DNA from: a candidate division FCPU426 bacterium
GTDB taxonomy: Bacteria > Oederibacteriota > Muellerivitia > Muellerivitales > Muellerivitaceae
Assembly (NCBI GenBank): GCA_963771075.1
Contig: CAVYSE010000011.1
Location: 224,001 to 288,000, forward strand
Reading direction: 5' to 3'
DNA: 64,000 bases
Position 1 is the first letter of the stretch. Every line of letters starts with the position of its first letter. Positions 9,554-18,899 of this stretch are shown one piece after another. A model generated the notes under the pieces. The model did not search any database. It was given only the letters and a program-made list of their open reading frames with translations, and was not told the DNA's origin. Both the position numbers and the translations under genes were made by a program.

Positions 9554-9667
9554 GTGCTTCGCTGGAAACAGTTATTTTTTTGTTATCTGAGGCCGTTTTT
9601 CGAGGGTTCGCCAATCTCTGCTTAGAAAAAAACCAGACCCCTCGTTGAGAGAAGTCTGGTTCGATAA

Positions 9668-9742
9668 TGGCTCCCCGGGTTGGACTCGAACCAACAGCCC
9701 TGCGATTAACAGTCGCATGCTCCACCATTGAGCTACCGGGGA
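9668..9742 (-). tRNA. tRNA-Asn(GTT)
   Basis: TCCCCGGTAGCTCAATGG...GCGACTGTTAATCGC...GGTTCGAGTCC...GGGGAGCCA cloverleaf with encoded CCA. Confidence 0.97.
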
Positions 9743-9918
9743 ATTTCCCGAAAACACGGGTTTTTTTAAAATTTGTTTGAGGCTAAAAAAGCCCGAAAAC
9801 ATGGGTTTTCGGGGGAGGGATAGTCTAATGAGCCATCCCCAAAAGTCAAGTTTACCCTAAAAGCCCATTTTCATAAATCTTGGATTTAAGGGCGGTGTCG
9901 GAGGGAAAATTTCCGAGA

Positions 9919-10953
9919 TCAACCCGTTGTGCCGTTTCCCCAGGGGTTCCAATCCATGCCCTCGGGCAGGTTAGGCTTCGTCCCTTTTCGGTAGGCCTCG
10001 ATCATCAAGTCCTCGAAGGTGTCTTCCTCCGCTTTCTGGGTCTTTCCGGCTTGTTCCATCCATTCGAACTGGCGGCGCCAGGTCTCGGCCAGGGGCACGG
10101 TGGTCTTGAATCCGAGGTCGCGATTTGCTTTGGCGTTGTCGAAGACAGAAGGATATTGGTAGATGTATTTAACACCCACTGCGCGGTGGGGTGTATGGGA
10201 GTAAAGCCAGTCGGTCGGGATGTGCACGGGATTGAAGGTTCCCCCGACCGCCTGGGCCATGGCCTGGTAGACCCCGTCCCAGGTGGTGTGTTCATCGCTT
10301 GTCGCGTGATAGGCCTGGCCGTAGGCCTTAGGGTTCAAGAGGGAATTCACGAAGGCCCGGCCCACATCGGAAACATGCGCCACCGCCCAGGCGGCACGGC
10401 CGTCGTCCATGACGATGACGGGCAGTCCTTTCCGGAGGCGGTTGGGGAGGCTGTTGTCGAACAGTAACCCGGGGTACTCGGCGCCTTCGCCGGTGGTATA
10501 GGAGGGACGAATAACGGTGGTGTGGAGGCCGTTCTTCCCGTTGGCCGAGAGAAGGATCTGCTCAATCCTGGATTTGTTCTTCCCGTACTCTCCCACGGGC
10601 CGGTGGGGTTCATCGTCGGTGGCGGGCAGTTGGGTCATGGGACCTCCGTAAACGCAGACGGTAGAGCAAACGACGATCTGTTTCACTTTTCCGGTGAAGG
10701 CCCTCAATACCGATTCGGCGTTCTCGGGCGCGAAAGCCACCATGTCGATGACGACGTCAAAGGACGCATCCCGCATTTGGGCCTCGAAGGCCGGGTAGTC
10801 CCATCGGTTGCCCTTGATCTCCTTGACGGTTTTGGGGATTCGCCAGGGGGTGATGCCCCGGTTATAGATGGTTACGTCGTCTCCCCGCTCAACAAGTTGG
10901 TGGACGATGGCCGTGGAAATAAGGCCGGTGCCGCCGAGGATTAGGATTTTCAT
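9919..10953 (-). CDS. NAD-dependent epimerase/dehydratase (extended SDR)
   Basis: GGTGLIS Rossmann motif, YGKNK catalytic motif, HVSDV. Confidence 0.9.
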   Translation of the reverse strand: MKILILGGTGLISTAIVHQLVERGDDVTIYNRGITPWRIPKTVKEIKGNRWDYPAFEAQMRDASFDVVIDMVAFAPENAESVLRAFTGKVKQIVVCSTVCVYGGPMTQLPATDDEPHRPVGEYGKNKSRIEQILLSANGKNGLHTTVIRPSYTTGEGAEYPGLLFDNSLPNRLRKGLPVIVMDDGRAAWAVAHVSDVGRAFVNSLLNPKAYGQAYHATSDEHTTWDGVYQAMAQAVGGTFNPVHIPTDWLYSHTPHRAVGVKYIYQYPSVFDNAKANRDLGFKTTVPLAETWRRQFEWMEQAGKTQKAEEDTFEDLMIEAYRKGTKPNLPEGMDWNPWGNGTTG

Positions 10954-11068
10954 GGGAACTCCCGTTTAGGAATGATCAGGCGGGGCTATTTTAAAGGCAA
11001 AACCGATTCGCCTGAAGCACAACCCGAGGGGGATCGGGTGGAAGCGATTTTATTCAACAAAAAATGAA

Positions 11069-13303
11069 TTATCGAACGAGTGAAGGGAAGAGGGTTCTTA
11101 ATAGGTAGTATTCATTGTAGGGTTTTTCGTCTCGTAGTACGACTCCCGGATTCGCGGCTAAAAGCTTTAGAGGGTCCACTTCCTTTTTCCATTGTTCGTG
11201 GAAAAGACCCAGGGGAACCGCCGCGGCAGGAATGAGTTCAAGTAAGTCGGACTTGGCGCTGGAGGGTATTCGAGATAGAAGTTCCTGGTCCGTCGGCAGC
11301 GGAAGGGGTGAGTCGGAAGCGATAAAATGGTAACCCCATCCCTCGATGGACAGATAAGCCCGAACGTAAGGAAAGGAATCCAGGATAGAGTGTGTGACCG
11401 CGGCGAGCGTTCGGGGGTCATCATACGGGAACCATTGCTGTAGTATCCCGCGCGGTTGGAGATGCGATTTGGCCAATTGATAAAATTCCACCGAGTAAAG
11501 AAGGCTTGACCCCGCCGCCTCCACGGGAGGGGGTGGATCAATCGTGATAACGTCAAATTTTTGTTGGGTCCGCTCGAGAAAACGGCGCCCGTCATCCGCG
11601 ATCCTGCGGCCCCGGGGATTGGGAAATTGACTTTCCTCGCCTGGATAGAAAAAGGAAAAGGCGTGGAATACGCCGGGGTTCAGGTCCACGGCGGTGGTGT
11701 CGAGGCCCCAGCTTAAAAGCGAACGGTAAGTGGTCCCCATTCCAAAACAAATATCCAGCGCGGTTTGGGGAGGGTGGGGGAGAAAGGCGAGGGGAAGATG
11801 GGCCATCATTTTCGGCAGGGGCGTTAGGCCTGTCATGCTGATCCCGTTTACGAAGAGCCGCTCGTAATTTCCGTTCGCTCCCGCCACAACGGTGGCGGCA
11901 TAGTCGCGGAAGGTCTTGGTTTTCGGGAAATACAGGCTCAAGCGTTCCTCGTAACTGACGGTCCCGAACCACCCCAGGGCGGAGAGGGCCAGGGTGATGG
12001 ATAACGCGGCGACGGTCCAGGGGGAGTTTTTTTCCGATTTCGGGGCGGGGAAAAAAAGCATCAGGGAGAGAAAGAGCAAAGCCAGCAGGATCATCCCGGT
12101 CTTGGACCCCATGCCGGGAAGGACGAGGTAGGAAGCGGCCAAGGGTCCCAGGATGCATCCCAGGATATTGACGGCATAAGCCCCGCCCGCTTTTTGGGGG
12201 TCGCCATTCGAATAATGATCGGTCAATTTGGGAGTTAGATATCCCAGCAGAAACGACAGGGGGACCAGGCTTACCAAGACCCCGGCCGCGGAGGATTGAA
12301 TCCGTTGGTCGTTGAAAACAACCGGAATCAATGAGGCTATCGGAAGATAAGCCAGGAGTTGGGTGAAGGAAAGGTCTTTGCCGAGGCGCAAGTCCCTTCG
12401 ATAAAAAGCCGTTCCGATGACGGTGCCCAGAAGGTATGTGAATAAGAGGCTGGCGAATGAATAAACCTGGGTCCGTAAAATGACGGTGAATGCCCGGGTC
12501 CAGATCACTTCAAGCGCCATGGCGGCGAAACCGGTCGTGAAGAGAATCAAGAGCATCCAGTTTCCTTTCGTGTGGTTTTCAAGCTGCGGAATCGGGTCTT
12601 CGGGGATGGGGGAGGCGGAAACGGAATAAGCCGGTCCCTGGTTTGGTTGATAGGCCAGCCCCATCGCGGTCAAACCTACCGCGAAATTCAAACAGGAGGT
12701 CAGCCCGAGGGTTCCTTTGAAACCGAATAATTCGATGAGCGCGACGGACACGACCGCTACCCCCGTGAGGGCGCCCGAGGTATTGGCGATATAGAGGAAA
12801 CTGAAGCTGTTTTTTGAAAAATCATTATTCCGTCTCAAATGAGCCATCATGAGGGGAAGAGTGGCACCCATGCAAAAACACCAAGCCAGGAGCGAGAGGG
12901 TGATGACGGCGGAGGAAAAAAACAAATAGGAAGCTGAGTCGGCCTCTCCCAAGGAAAGGAGGAGGCCCCGGCCCCATTGAAAGCTGACAGGGACGCAAAA
13001 AGCCCCGATGCCAATGAGAATTTCGCACAAACCATAGGCGAACAGGGTTCCCTGGGGGAATCGATCCCCCAGGAACGAGCCCAGCTTTCCCCCGGCCCAG
13101 GAACCCAGGGCCAGCCCCGCCATGAAGACGGATAGAACGACGGATAAAACAGGGGTGGTAATGCCGAAAGCGGCGTAAGCCAACCGCAGCCAGATGGTTT
13201 GGTAAATCAACGCGCAAAACCCCGAGACGAAGAAGAAAACCGCCACCCAGGGAATGAGCAAATGTTTGGATTTCAAACCGTCCGCCTTTTCGGCTTTACT
13301 CAA
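11069..13303 (-). CDS. Fused multi-TM / spermidine synthase-like protein
   Basis: About 13 TM segments (SGFCALIYQTIW...), then ICFGMGTT, DDGRRFL, FDVITIDPPPP. Confidence 0.88.
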   Translation of the reverse strand: MSKAEKADGLKSKHLLIPWVAVFFFVSGFCALIYQTIWLRLAYAAFGITTPVLSVVLSVFMAGLALGSWAGGKLGSFLGDRFPQGTLFAYGLCEILIGIGAFCVPVSFQWGRGLLLSLGEADSASYLFFSSAVITLSLLAWCFCMGATLPLMMAHLRRNNDFSKNSFSFLYIANTSGALTGVAVVSVALIELFGFKGTLGLTSCLNFAVGLTAMGLAYQPNQGPAYSVSASPIPEDPIPQLENHTKGNWMLLILFTTGFAAMALEVIWTRAFTVILRTQVYSFASLLFTYLLGTVIGTAFYRRDLRLGKDLSFTQLLAYLPIASLIPVVFNDQRIQSSAAGVLVSLVPLSFLLGYLTPKLTDHYSNGDPQKAGGAYAVNILGCILGPLAASYLVLPGMGSKTGMILLALLFLSLMLFFPAPKSEKNSPWTVAALSITLALSALGWFGTVSYEERLSLYFPKTKTFRDYAATVVAGANGNYERLFVNGISMTGLTPLPKMMAHLPLAFLPHPPQTALDICFGMGTTYRSLLSWGLDTTAVDLNPGVFHAFSFFYPGEESQFPNPRGRRIADDGRRFLERTQQKFDVITIDPPPPVEAAGSSLLYSVEFYQLAKSHLQPRGILQQWFPYDDPRTLAAVTHSILDSFPYVRAYLSIEGWGYHFIASDSPLPLPTDQELLSRIPSSAKSDLLELIPAAAVPLGLFHEQWKKEVDPLKLLAANPGVVLRDEKPYNEYYLLRTLFPSLVR

Positions 13304-13351
13304 AGCGAGCGTGCAAGTTTAACAAAAACATCGGGGAAATCCGAAAGGGAT

Positions 13352-14422
13352 TCAGTTCCACCCCAAGTATTTTCGGATGACCGGCACCAATAGATCCGCC
13401 AAGTGCCGATGCGCCACCGCGAGTGGATGGTAATCGCACCCGAGTTCCGAAAGGGGAACGCTGGCGTAGCCAACGAACAACACTTTCTTGTCGCCCCAGC
13501 GGTTCGCGCTATCCACGGTTTCCCGGACGAGGGGACTGAAGTAGGGCCAGCCCGTGGTGGTAAAGCAGAAGATCCAAGCCTGGGGATAAGCGGCGCGGAC
13601 CTGCTGAAGGAGTTGCCGGTACCGGTCCATGAAGAATTGTGGATCGGCGCGGGGCGGGGAAGAGAAGTCGTTCAAGCCCAAATGGATCACAACCGCGTCC
13701 GGAATCCATCGGTGAAAATCCCACGGGCAATCGGTCGATTCCACCAGGGTGCGGGCCCAGAGGGCATCGAAAGGTTCTTTTGAAGCCGTTGACGGATCAC
13801 CGTAATTGCGGACGACACCCCGACCGGAAAAGGCGGTCAGGTGGGCTTCGGCGTTCAGCTCCCGCGCGGCCTGCGCGCCAAAAGCCAGGTCGGCGTTCTC
13901 GAAAGGCCGCAGGTCCTTGCAGTGAAGGGTGGTCGCTTCGTCCCCATAGCCGCAAATCCAGGAATCCCCGAGGAACTCGATCCGGCGCGTTGGCGCGCTC
14001 GGAGGCGTCCGGGCTTCACCCCGGGGTCCCAAGATCATTCCCTTAAATAAAACCGGCCCGAACAGACCCTCCGTTCGTTTGATGATCTCCAACCGGTGCC
14101 ATCCCGGCGAAAGATTCCGGACCCAATAGGGGGCGAGGGCTGGACCGCAGACCCAGGTGGTCACCGGTTTCCCATCCACCTTGACCCAAAGGTTGTTTCG
14201 AGCACCGTCGAGAAGAAAACCAACTTCGGTTTCCTTGATATCCACTTGGAAGGAAACTCCCGGCCAGTCGAAGATCGCGCCTCGGGTTTTATTCTCGATC
14301 ACCCGGCCGGTGTATTGGATGAGGGGCGAATCGGGGGGGATGATCCCGCTGGCAAAGAGGGTCGGGGGAAGCAAGGCCAAGCAACCGGCCCATCCCATAA
14401 AGACCAGGCGGAGAGGTTTCAT
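13352..14422 (-). CDS. Secreted SGNH/GDSL esterase (CE2-like)
   Basis: FDWPG, FLGDSWICGYG, LGLND, DYHP motifs; signal peptide. Confidence 0.88.
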   Translation of the reverse strand: MKPLRLVFMGWAGCLALLPPTLFASGIIPPDSPLIQYTGRVIENKTRGAIFDWPGVSFQVDIKETEVGFLLDGARNNLWVKVDGKPVTTWVCGPALAPYWVRNLSPGWHRLEIIKRTEGLFGPVLFKGMILGPRGEARTPPSAPTRRIEFLGDSWICGYGDEATTLHCKDLRPFENADLAFGAQAARELNAEAHLTAFSGRGVVRNYGDPSTASKEPFDALWARTLVESTDCPWDFHRWIPDAVVIHLGLNDFSSPPRADPQFFMDRYRQLLQQVRAAYPQAWIFCFTTTGWPYFSPLVRETVDSANRWGDKKVLFVGYASVPLSELGCDYHPLAVAHRHLADLLVPVIRKYLGWN

Positions 14423-14525
14423 GTTCCTCCTAGTAGTTTACGGTGCCCTTTCTGGGTTTTGAGGAAAATAGACTTGCGCCATTTTTCGATAAGTCGTTCA
14501 AGGAATATGGTACTGGATCGACATC

Positions 14526-15128
14526 CTATAATTCCCTTCGCCCTTCCAGGGCTTTGAGGAGAGTCGATTCGTCCGCGTATTCCACGTCGCCCCCCGAGGG
14601 CAGGCCGCGGGCGAGGCGGGTGACCTTGACGCCGGACTGCTTCAAGAGGTGCTGGATATAAAGCCCGGTGGAATCCCCTTCCACCGTGGGATCGGTGGCG
14701 ACGATGATCTCCTTGAAATCGCCCTTGGTTTTCACCCTTTCCACCAGGGAATTCAAATTCAAATCTCCCGGGCCCCGGCCTTCCAGGGGCGATAGATTCC
14801 CGCCCAAAACATGGTAGAGTCCGCGAAACTCATGAGTACGTTCGAACGCAATGACGTCACTGGGGTCCTCTACCACCAGGATCACCTGACGGTCCCTTCC
14901 GGTGGAAAGGCAAATCCTGCACAGGGTTTCCTCGGTCAAGTTATGGCAATCCTGGCAGGGATGAAGCTTGGTGCGGGCCTCGACCAGGCCGTGGGCCAGG
15001 AGCTTGGAATTCTCCATGGGTTGTTTTAAGAGGTGAAAAGCCAGGCGTTGGGCGGAACGCGGCCCGACCCCGGGAAGTTTTTCCAATTCGTGCAGCAATT
15101 TTTCGAGGGAAGGAGGATAGTCCGGCAT
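14526..15128 (-). CDS. recR: Recombination mediator RecR
   Basis: LPGVGPRSAQRLAFHL, C4 zinc finger, TOPRIM (ATDPTVEGDST), LARGLPSGGDVEYAD. Confidence 0.97.
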   Translation of the reverse strand: MPDYPPSLEKLLHELEKLPGVGPRSAQRLAFHLLKQPMENSKLLAHGLVEARTKLHPCQDCHNLTEETLCRICLSTGRDRQVILVVEDPSDVIAFERTHEFRGLYHVLGGNLSPLEGRGPGDLNLNSLVERVKTKGDFKEIIVATDPTVEGDSTGLYIQHLLKQSGVKVTRLARGLPSGGDVEYADESTLLKALEGRREL

Positions 15129-15228
15129 GGCACCCGCAGTCTATCGGTAATGAGATGTGGGGATTATAGGGCGTTTAACCCGGGAAAAAACCGCCCGGAA
15201 AAGGAAAAAATAAAAACCCTTCCTTTCA

Positions 15229-15540
15229 TTAAAGAAGGCCGGGAATGCCCAGGCCGCCGGTCATGCGGTTGACTTCTTCTTTCACCTTATTGTTCACTTC
15301 CTGGCCGGCGTTGTTGATGGCGGTCTTCACAAGGTTCTCAATCTGTTCCTGGTTTCCCGAGGCGATCAGTTTGGAACTGATCGTGATGCTTTGAACCTCA
15401 TGCTTTCCGTTCACGATGACGTTCACCGCGTTGCCCCCCGCAGAACCCTCGAACTCCTGAGTTTCCATCTCTTTCTGGAACGTGGCCATCTTTTCCTTCA
15501 TCAGTTGGGCTTGGCGGAAAAGGCTGAGCATGTCAGGCAT
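15229..15540 (-). CDS. ybaB: YbaB/EbfC nucleoid-associated protein
   Basis: EGSAGGNAVNVIVNG...AINNA...MTGGLGIPGL; located between dnaX and recR. Confidence 0.93.
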   Translation of the reverse strand: MPDMLSLFRQAQLMKEKMATFQKEMETQEFEGSAGGNAVNVIVNGKHEVQSITISSKLIASGNQEQIENLVKTAINNAGQEVNNKVKEEVNRMTGGLGIPGLL

Positions 15541-15610
15541 GGGACTCTCCATCAACTTGGGATGCAACCTTTATAAAGCCTTTCAGGTCAATAATTAACC
15601 CGAAAAATGA

Positions 15611-17338
15611 TTACTTGTTTTGCGGATTGTTCCGTTTGATTTCGACAATTTTCCCGCCGAACATTTTCAGGGCGGCGGCAACGATGGGTTCCTCTTTTTC
15701 AAGTTCTTTGGTGTCGATTTTAGGGACGGAGAGGGGTTTGGGCGCGCGGGGCCCGTTGGGTTTGGCGGTGTCCACCGGGGCGGGACCCGCGAGAACCGGA
15801 ACGAGATGGATGGGCCTCCCCGTTTCTTCCTCCAAGATTTTTTCAACGATGATCTTGTTTTCCGTTTTGGCCATCTGTTCCTGATGGAAAGGGCCGAGAC
15901 AGGCGAGTACCAGGGTGTCCTCATCCATCTTTTTGGGATGGGTATCGCGCAAAATGGCTTCCAGTGCCTTTTTCTGGCCAGCGACCTTTTCCAGGATCTC
16001 CCGCCAGCGGCCCTTGATCTTCGAGAATTCGGGGCTGGAACCGCTCTCGGGGGCGTCCTCGATCTCGCTTACCGCCAGGGTGGGTTCGCCCTCGGAAGCT
16101 TGGTCGGATAGGGGCACGGGTGCTTCGTAAGGAAGGATCGACACGGCGGAGGAACCGGAGGGTATGGGATTGGTGGCGCGCGTCGAAGAAGTAGAAAGCT
16201 TGAGGCTGCCCTTATCCCCCTGCCTCAGTAAATCGCCCAACGAAACCAGAGAACCCATCCTGCAAAGTTCCAGGACCACGGTTTCGATCACGATCATGGG
16301 GTTTCCCGATTTTCGAACGTGCCATTCCTGCTCGATCAGCAGGCGCAGGGAGGATAGGATCTGGGCCTCGTCCATTCCCGCCGCCAAATCCACCAGGCGT
16401 TGGACCTCCTCGGCGGAAAGTGGGATAAGACTCGCGGCGGCGGAGGGGTGGGCCTTGGCGACCGCCAGGTGACGGAAGGTTTCCAAAAGGCCGAAATAGA
16501 AATATTCAAGGTCTTTCCCGCTGTCGAGGACGGAGCGCACCAGGGCCAATCCCGCGGGGGCATTTTGGTCCAGGGCGGCTTGCGCCAGGTTGAGGAACAC
16601 CTCCACCTCAATGGTGCCCAACACCATCCGAATGTCTTCCAGCGTGACTTTCTTGCCCGAGAAAGCGACGATCTGGTCCAGGGTTCGCTGTCCGTCCCGC
16701 ATGGAACCGTTCGCGGCCCGCGCGACCTGGTAAAGGGACTTGTCGTCGATCTCGATCTTCTCGGCTTCGCTGATGTGGCGCAGTTGGCGCACCAGGGTGT
16801 CCATCCCCATGGAGCGGAACTCGAAACGCTGGCAGCGCGACTGGACGGTGGGGGGGAATTGGTGAATCTCGGTGGAAGCCAGGATGAAGATGACATGGGC
16901 GGGTGGCTCTTCCAGGGTTTTCAAAAAGGCGTCGAAACCCTGTTTCGTGATCCGGTGGGCCTCGTCGAAAATGTACACCTTGTAACGGGCTTTGGCGGGA
17001 TAGGTTCCCACCTGCTCCTGCAGGTTGCGAATGTCTTCCACGCGGTTAAAGGAAGCCGCGTCGATTTCGATCACGTCCATGGCCGACCCCGCATTCACCT
17101 CCTCGCAGAGGTCGCAGGTGTTGCAGGGTTCCGCGTCCTTGGGGTTTCGGCAGTTCAGCGCCTTGGCGAAGATGCGGGCGGTAGTTGTTTTGCCCACGCC
17201 CCTGGGCCCGGCGAAAATATAGGCGTGGGCGATCCGGTTGGCCTTGATGGCGTTTTGAAGGGTGCGGGTGACTTGCTCCTGGCCCACCATGTCCGCGAAG
17301 GTCTGGGGGCGCCACTTAAGAGCCATGACTTGAGGCAT
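15611..17338 (-). CDS. dnaX: DNA polymerase III subunit gamma/tau
   Basis: KWRPQTFADMVGQ, GPRGVGKTT, DEAH, SRC; SD GGAG before ATG 17338. Confidence 0.97.
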   Translation of the reverse strand: MPQVMALKWRPQTFADMVGQEQVTRTLQNAIKANRIAHAYIFAGPRGVGKTTTARIFAKALNCRNPKDAEPCNTCDLCEEVNAGSAMDVIEIDAASFNRVEDIRNLQEQVGTYPAKARYKVYIFDEAHRITKQGFDAFLKTLEEPPAHVIFILASTEIHQFPPTVQSRCQRFEFRSMGMDTLVRQLRHISEAEKIEIDDKSLYQVARAANGSMRDGQRTLDQIVAFSGKKVTLEDIRMVLGTIEVEVFLNLAQAALDQNAPAGLALVRSVLDSGKDLEYFYFGLLETFRHLAVAKAHPSAAASLIPLSAEEVQRLVDLAAGMDEAQILSSLRLLIEQEWHVRKSGNPMIVIETVVLELCRMGSLVSLGDLLRQGDKGSLKLSTSSTRATNPIPSGSSAVSILPYEAPVPLSDQASEGEPTLAVSEIEDAPESGSSPEFSKIKGRWREILEKVAGQKKALEAILRDTHPKKMDEDTLVLACLGPFHQEQMAKTENKIIVEKILEEETGRPIHLVPVLAGPAPVDTAKPNGPRAPKPLSVPKIDTKELEKEEPIVAAALKMFGGKIVEIKRNNPQNK

Positions 17339-17349
17339 CCACAACTCCA

Positions 17350-17431
17350 ATTCGCGGTTTGCAGTTCGCCGTTCGCAGCGGACGATTGTCTTAAATGCTT
17401 AACGGCCGGCTGCGAACCGTCAACTGTCAGT
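17350..17431. repeat. Inverted arrays of degenerate 7-mer repeats between ffs and dnaX
   Basis: ATTCGCG-GTTTGCA-GTTCGCC-GTTCGCA, then GGCCGGC-TGCGAAC-CGTCAAC-TGTCAGT. Confidence 0.55.
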
Positions 17432-17438
17432 TGATTTT

Positions 17439-17570
17439 GGCCCACCCCGTCGTGGAAGCCAGGTGACCCACAACACCCGGGCTCTGACCTTACCGTTGCT
17501 TCCTTCCGGACCTAGCGGAGTTAGGGCCCGCCCGCCGTATGGGACCCGACTTCCACGCTGAGGTGGGGTC
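17439..17570 (-). ncRNA. ffs: Signal recognition particle RNA
   Basis: Minus strand contains CCGCTAGGTCCGGAAGGAAGCAACGG (domain IV) within a long closing stem; typical position upstream of dnaX. Confidence 0.92.
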
Positions 17571-17651
17571 AACATCTTAATCGAAAGGTTGGAGCTTTTT
17601 CCATGATGGAGGTGATGCCTGAGTTAAGAAAAAGAAATGAATGATCAAAAA

Positions 17652-17800
17652 ATGGCGGAGAGAAAGGGATTAGAACCCGCGCAAAGCGCTCACAGGGGAA
17701 AATACCCCTGTGTACCCCATTCTAACGACCGGGGAAACGTTATTTCCCCGCACCCCTTCCAGTGTTCAAATCCTAGTATTAATTTTTGCTTCGCAAAATA
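17652..17800 (-). repeat. tRNA-linked structured element ending in a copy of the tRNA-Ser 3' end
   Basis: 17652-17678 ATGGCGGAGAGAAAGGGATTAGAACCC matches 17800-17826 at 26/27 positions; internal hairpins. Confidence 0.8.
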
Positions 17801-17891
17801 TGGCGGAGAGAAAGGGATTCGAACCCTTGAGACCCTTTTGGAGCCTACACGCTTTCCAGGCGTGCGCCTTCGACCGCTCGGCCATCTCTCC
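17801..17891 (-). tRNA. tRNA-Ser(GGA)
   Basis: GGAGAGATGGCCGAGCGG...CACGCCTGGAAAGCGTG, long variable arm, TCTCTCCGCCA end. Confidence 0.97.
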
Positions 17892-18048
17892 GTAAACAAA
17901 AAAAGGGCTGAGGGTACCCTCACCCAAAGGAAATCCTTAAAAAAATTGATGCCTCGATAGGTTTTTAAAGTTTAACAATGTCACCATCGGGACGTGCCAA
18001 TTTCTTTTAAATATTGGAACCTGTCGTGTTCCAATTCGAAAGAAAAAT

Positions 18049-18124
18049 TGGTGGAGATGAGCGGGATCGAACCGCCGACCTTCTCGTTGCGAACGAGACG
18101 CTCTCCCAACTGAGCTACATCCCC
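18049..18124 (-). tRNA. tRNA-Ala(CGC)
   Basis: GGGGATGTAGCTCAGTTGGG...TCTCGTTCGCAACGAGA...CATCTCCACCA; G3:U70 pair. Confidence 0.97.
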
Positions 18125-18131
18125 ACTTTCG

Positions 18132-18614
18132 TCACTTTTGGGCCCGCAAAGTCCTGAAGAAGTCCTTGAGGACCCGCGAACATTCTTCATTTAATATACC
18201 ATCCGAGATTTGAACCCGGTGGTTCAATTTCCCATTGTCCATCACCTGGGCCGTACTGACCACCGCCCCCGCCTTGGGGTCGGCCGCGCCGAACACCAGC
18301 CTCCGGATTCTTGAAAGAACAATGGCCCCCGCGCACATCGTACAGGGCTCCAATGTTACGTATAAATCGCAGCCAGCCAACCGCCAGTTTTTCAACTTTC
18401 TTGAGGCCTTAGCCATTGCTCCCAATTCCGCGTGGGTCAAGACACTTTTGCGTTTCTCGGTCAGGTTATGTCCCCGGCCGATGATTTTACCCTCATATAC
18501 AACAATTGCCCCCACGGGCACCTCTCCCTTTTGGGCGGCTTTGTCCGCTTCTTTCAGGGCTTCCCGCATGAAGGACTCGTCGGAGGGGAGCAGTAGACAC
18601 CTCGAATGAATCAA
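18132..18614 (-). CDS. tadA: tRNA adenosine(34) deaminase (start uncertain, could be as late as ATG 18569)
   Basis: GEVPVGA, HAE, TLEPCTMCAGA, DPKAGA, LNH motifs. Confidence 0.93.
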   Translation of the reverse strand: MIHSRCLLLPSDESFMREALKEADKAAQKGEVPVGAIVVYEGKIIGRGHNLTEKRKSVLTHAELGAMAKASRKLKNWRLAGCDLYVTLEPCTMCAGAIVLSRIRRLVFGAADPKAGAVVSTAQVMDNGKLNHRVQISDGILNEECSRVLKDFFRTLRAQK

Positions 18615-18730
18615 AGAAAAGTTTGGTGCGCGCCTATTTTCAATGGAGCGTCTTTAAAATGAACTGGTTGCCACGCCAATCCCATATCCATTTGCACCAG
18701 AATAAAATTTGATGCCCTTTGATATGAAAG

Positions 18731-18806
18731 TGGTGCGCCTGGAGGGACTCGAACCCCCAACCTACTGATCCGTAGTCAGTTGCTCTATCCATTGAGCCAC
18801 AGGCGC
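18731..18806 (-). tRNA. tRNA-Arg(ACG)
   Basis: GCGCCTGTGGCTCAATGGATAGAGC...CTGACTACGGATCAG...GGTTCGAGTCC...CAGGCGCACCA. Confidence 0.97.
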
Positions 18807-18899
18807 ATCGGTTTCTTGCCCGGAAGGCCGGGAAAGGACGAGTATATTACCCAAAACGGCTTTTTACCCGCAAGTTAAAAGGGTTTTCAAGAAGGGGAG

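Noticed and set aside
9198..9802. ORFs overlapping tRNA-Asn and the GACAC array (likewise 17637-18190 over tRNA-Ser/Ala)
   Set aside because: Spurious translations of RNA genes and repeats.
15920..15985. Programmed -1 frameshift site in dnaX
   Set aside because: Only G-AAA-AAG and C-AAA-AAG are present, not the canonical A-AAA-AAG, and no clear stimulatory elements.
16400..17434. Long antisense ORFs over dnaX, metH and kdpD (e.g. 344, 354, 358 aa)
   Set aside because: Typical antisense open frames of high-GC3 genes, with no domain signal.
18624..18631. TGGTGCGC as a duplicate of the tRNA-Arg 3' end
   Set aside because: Only 8 bp, so it could be chance.
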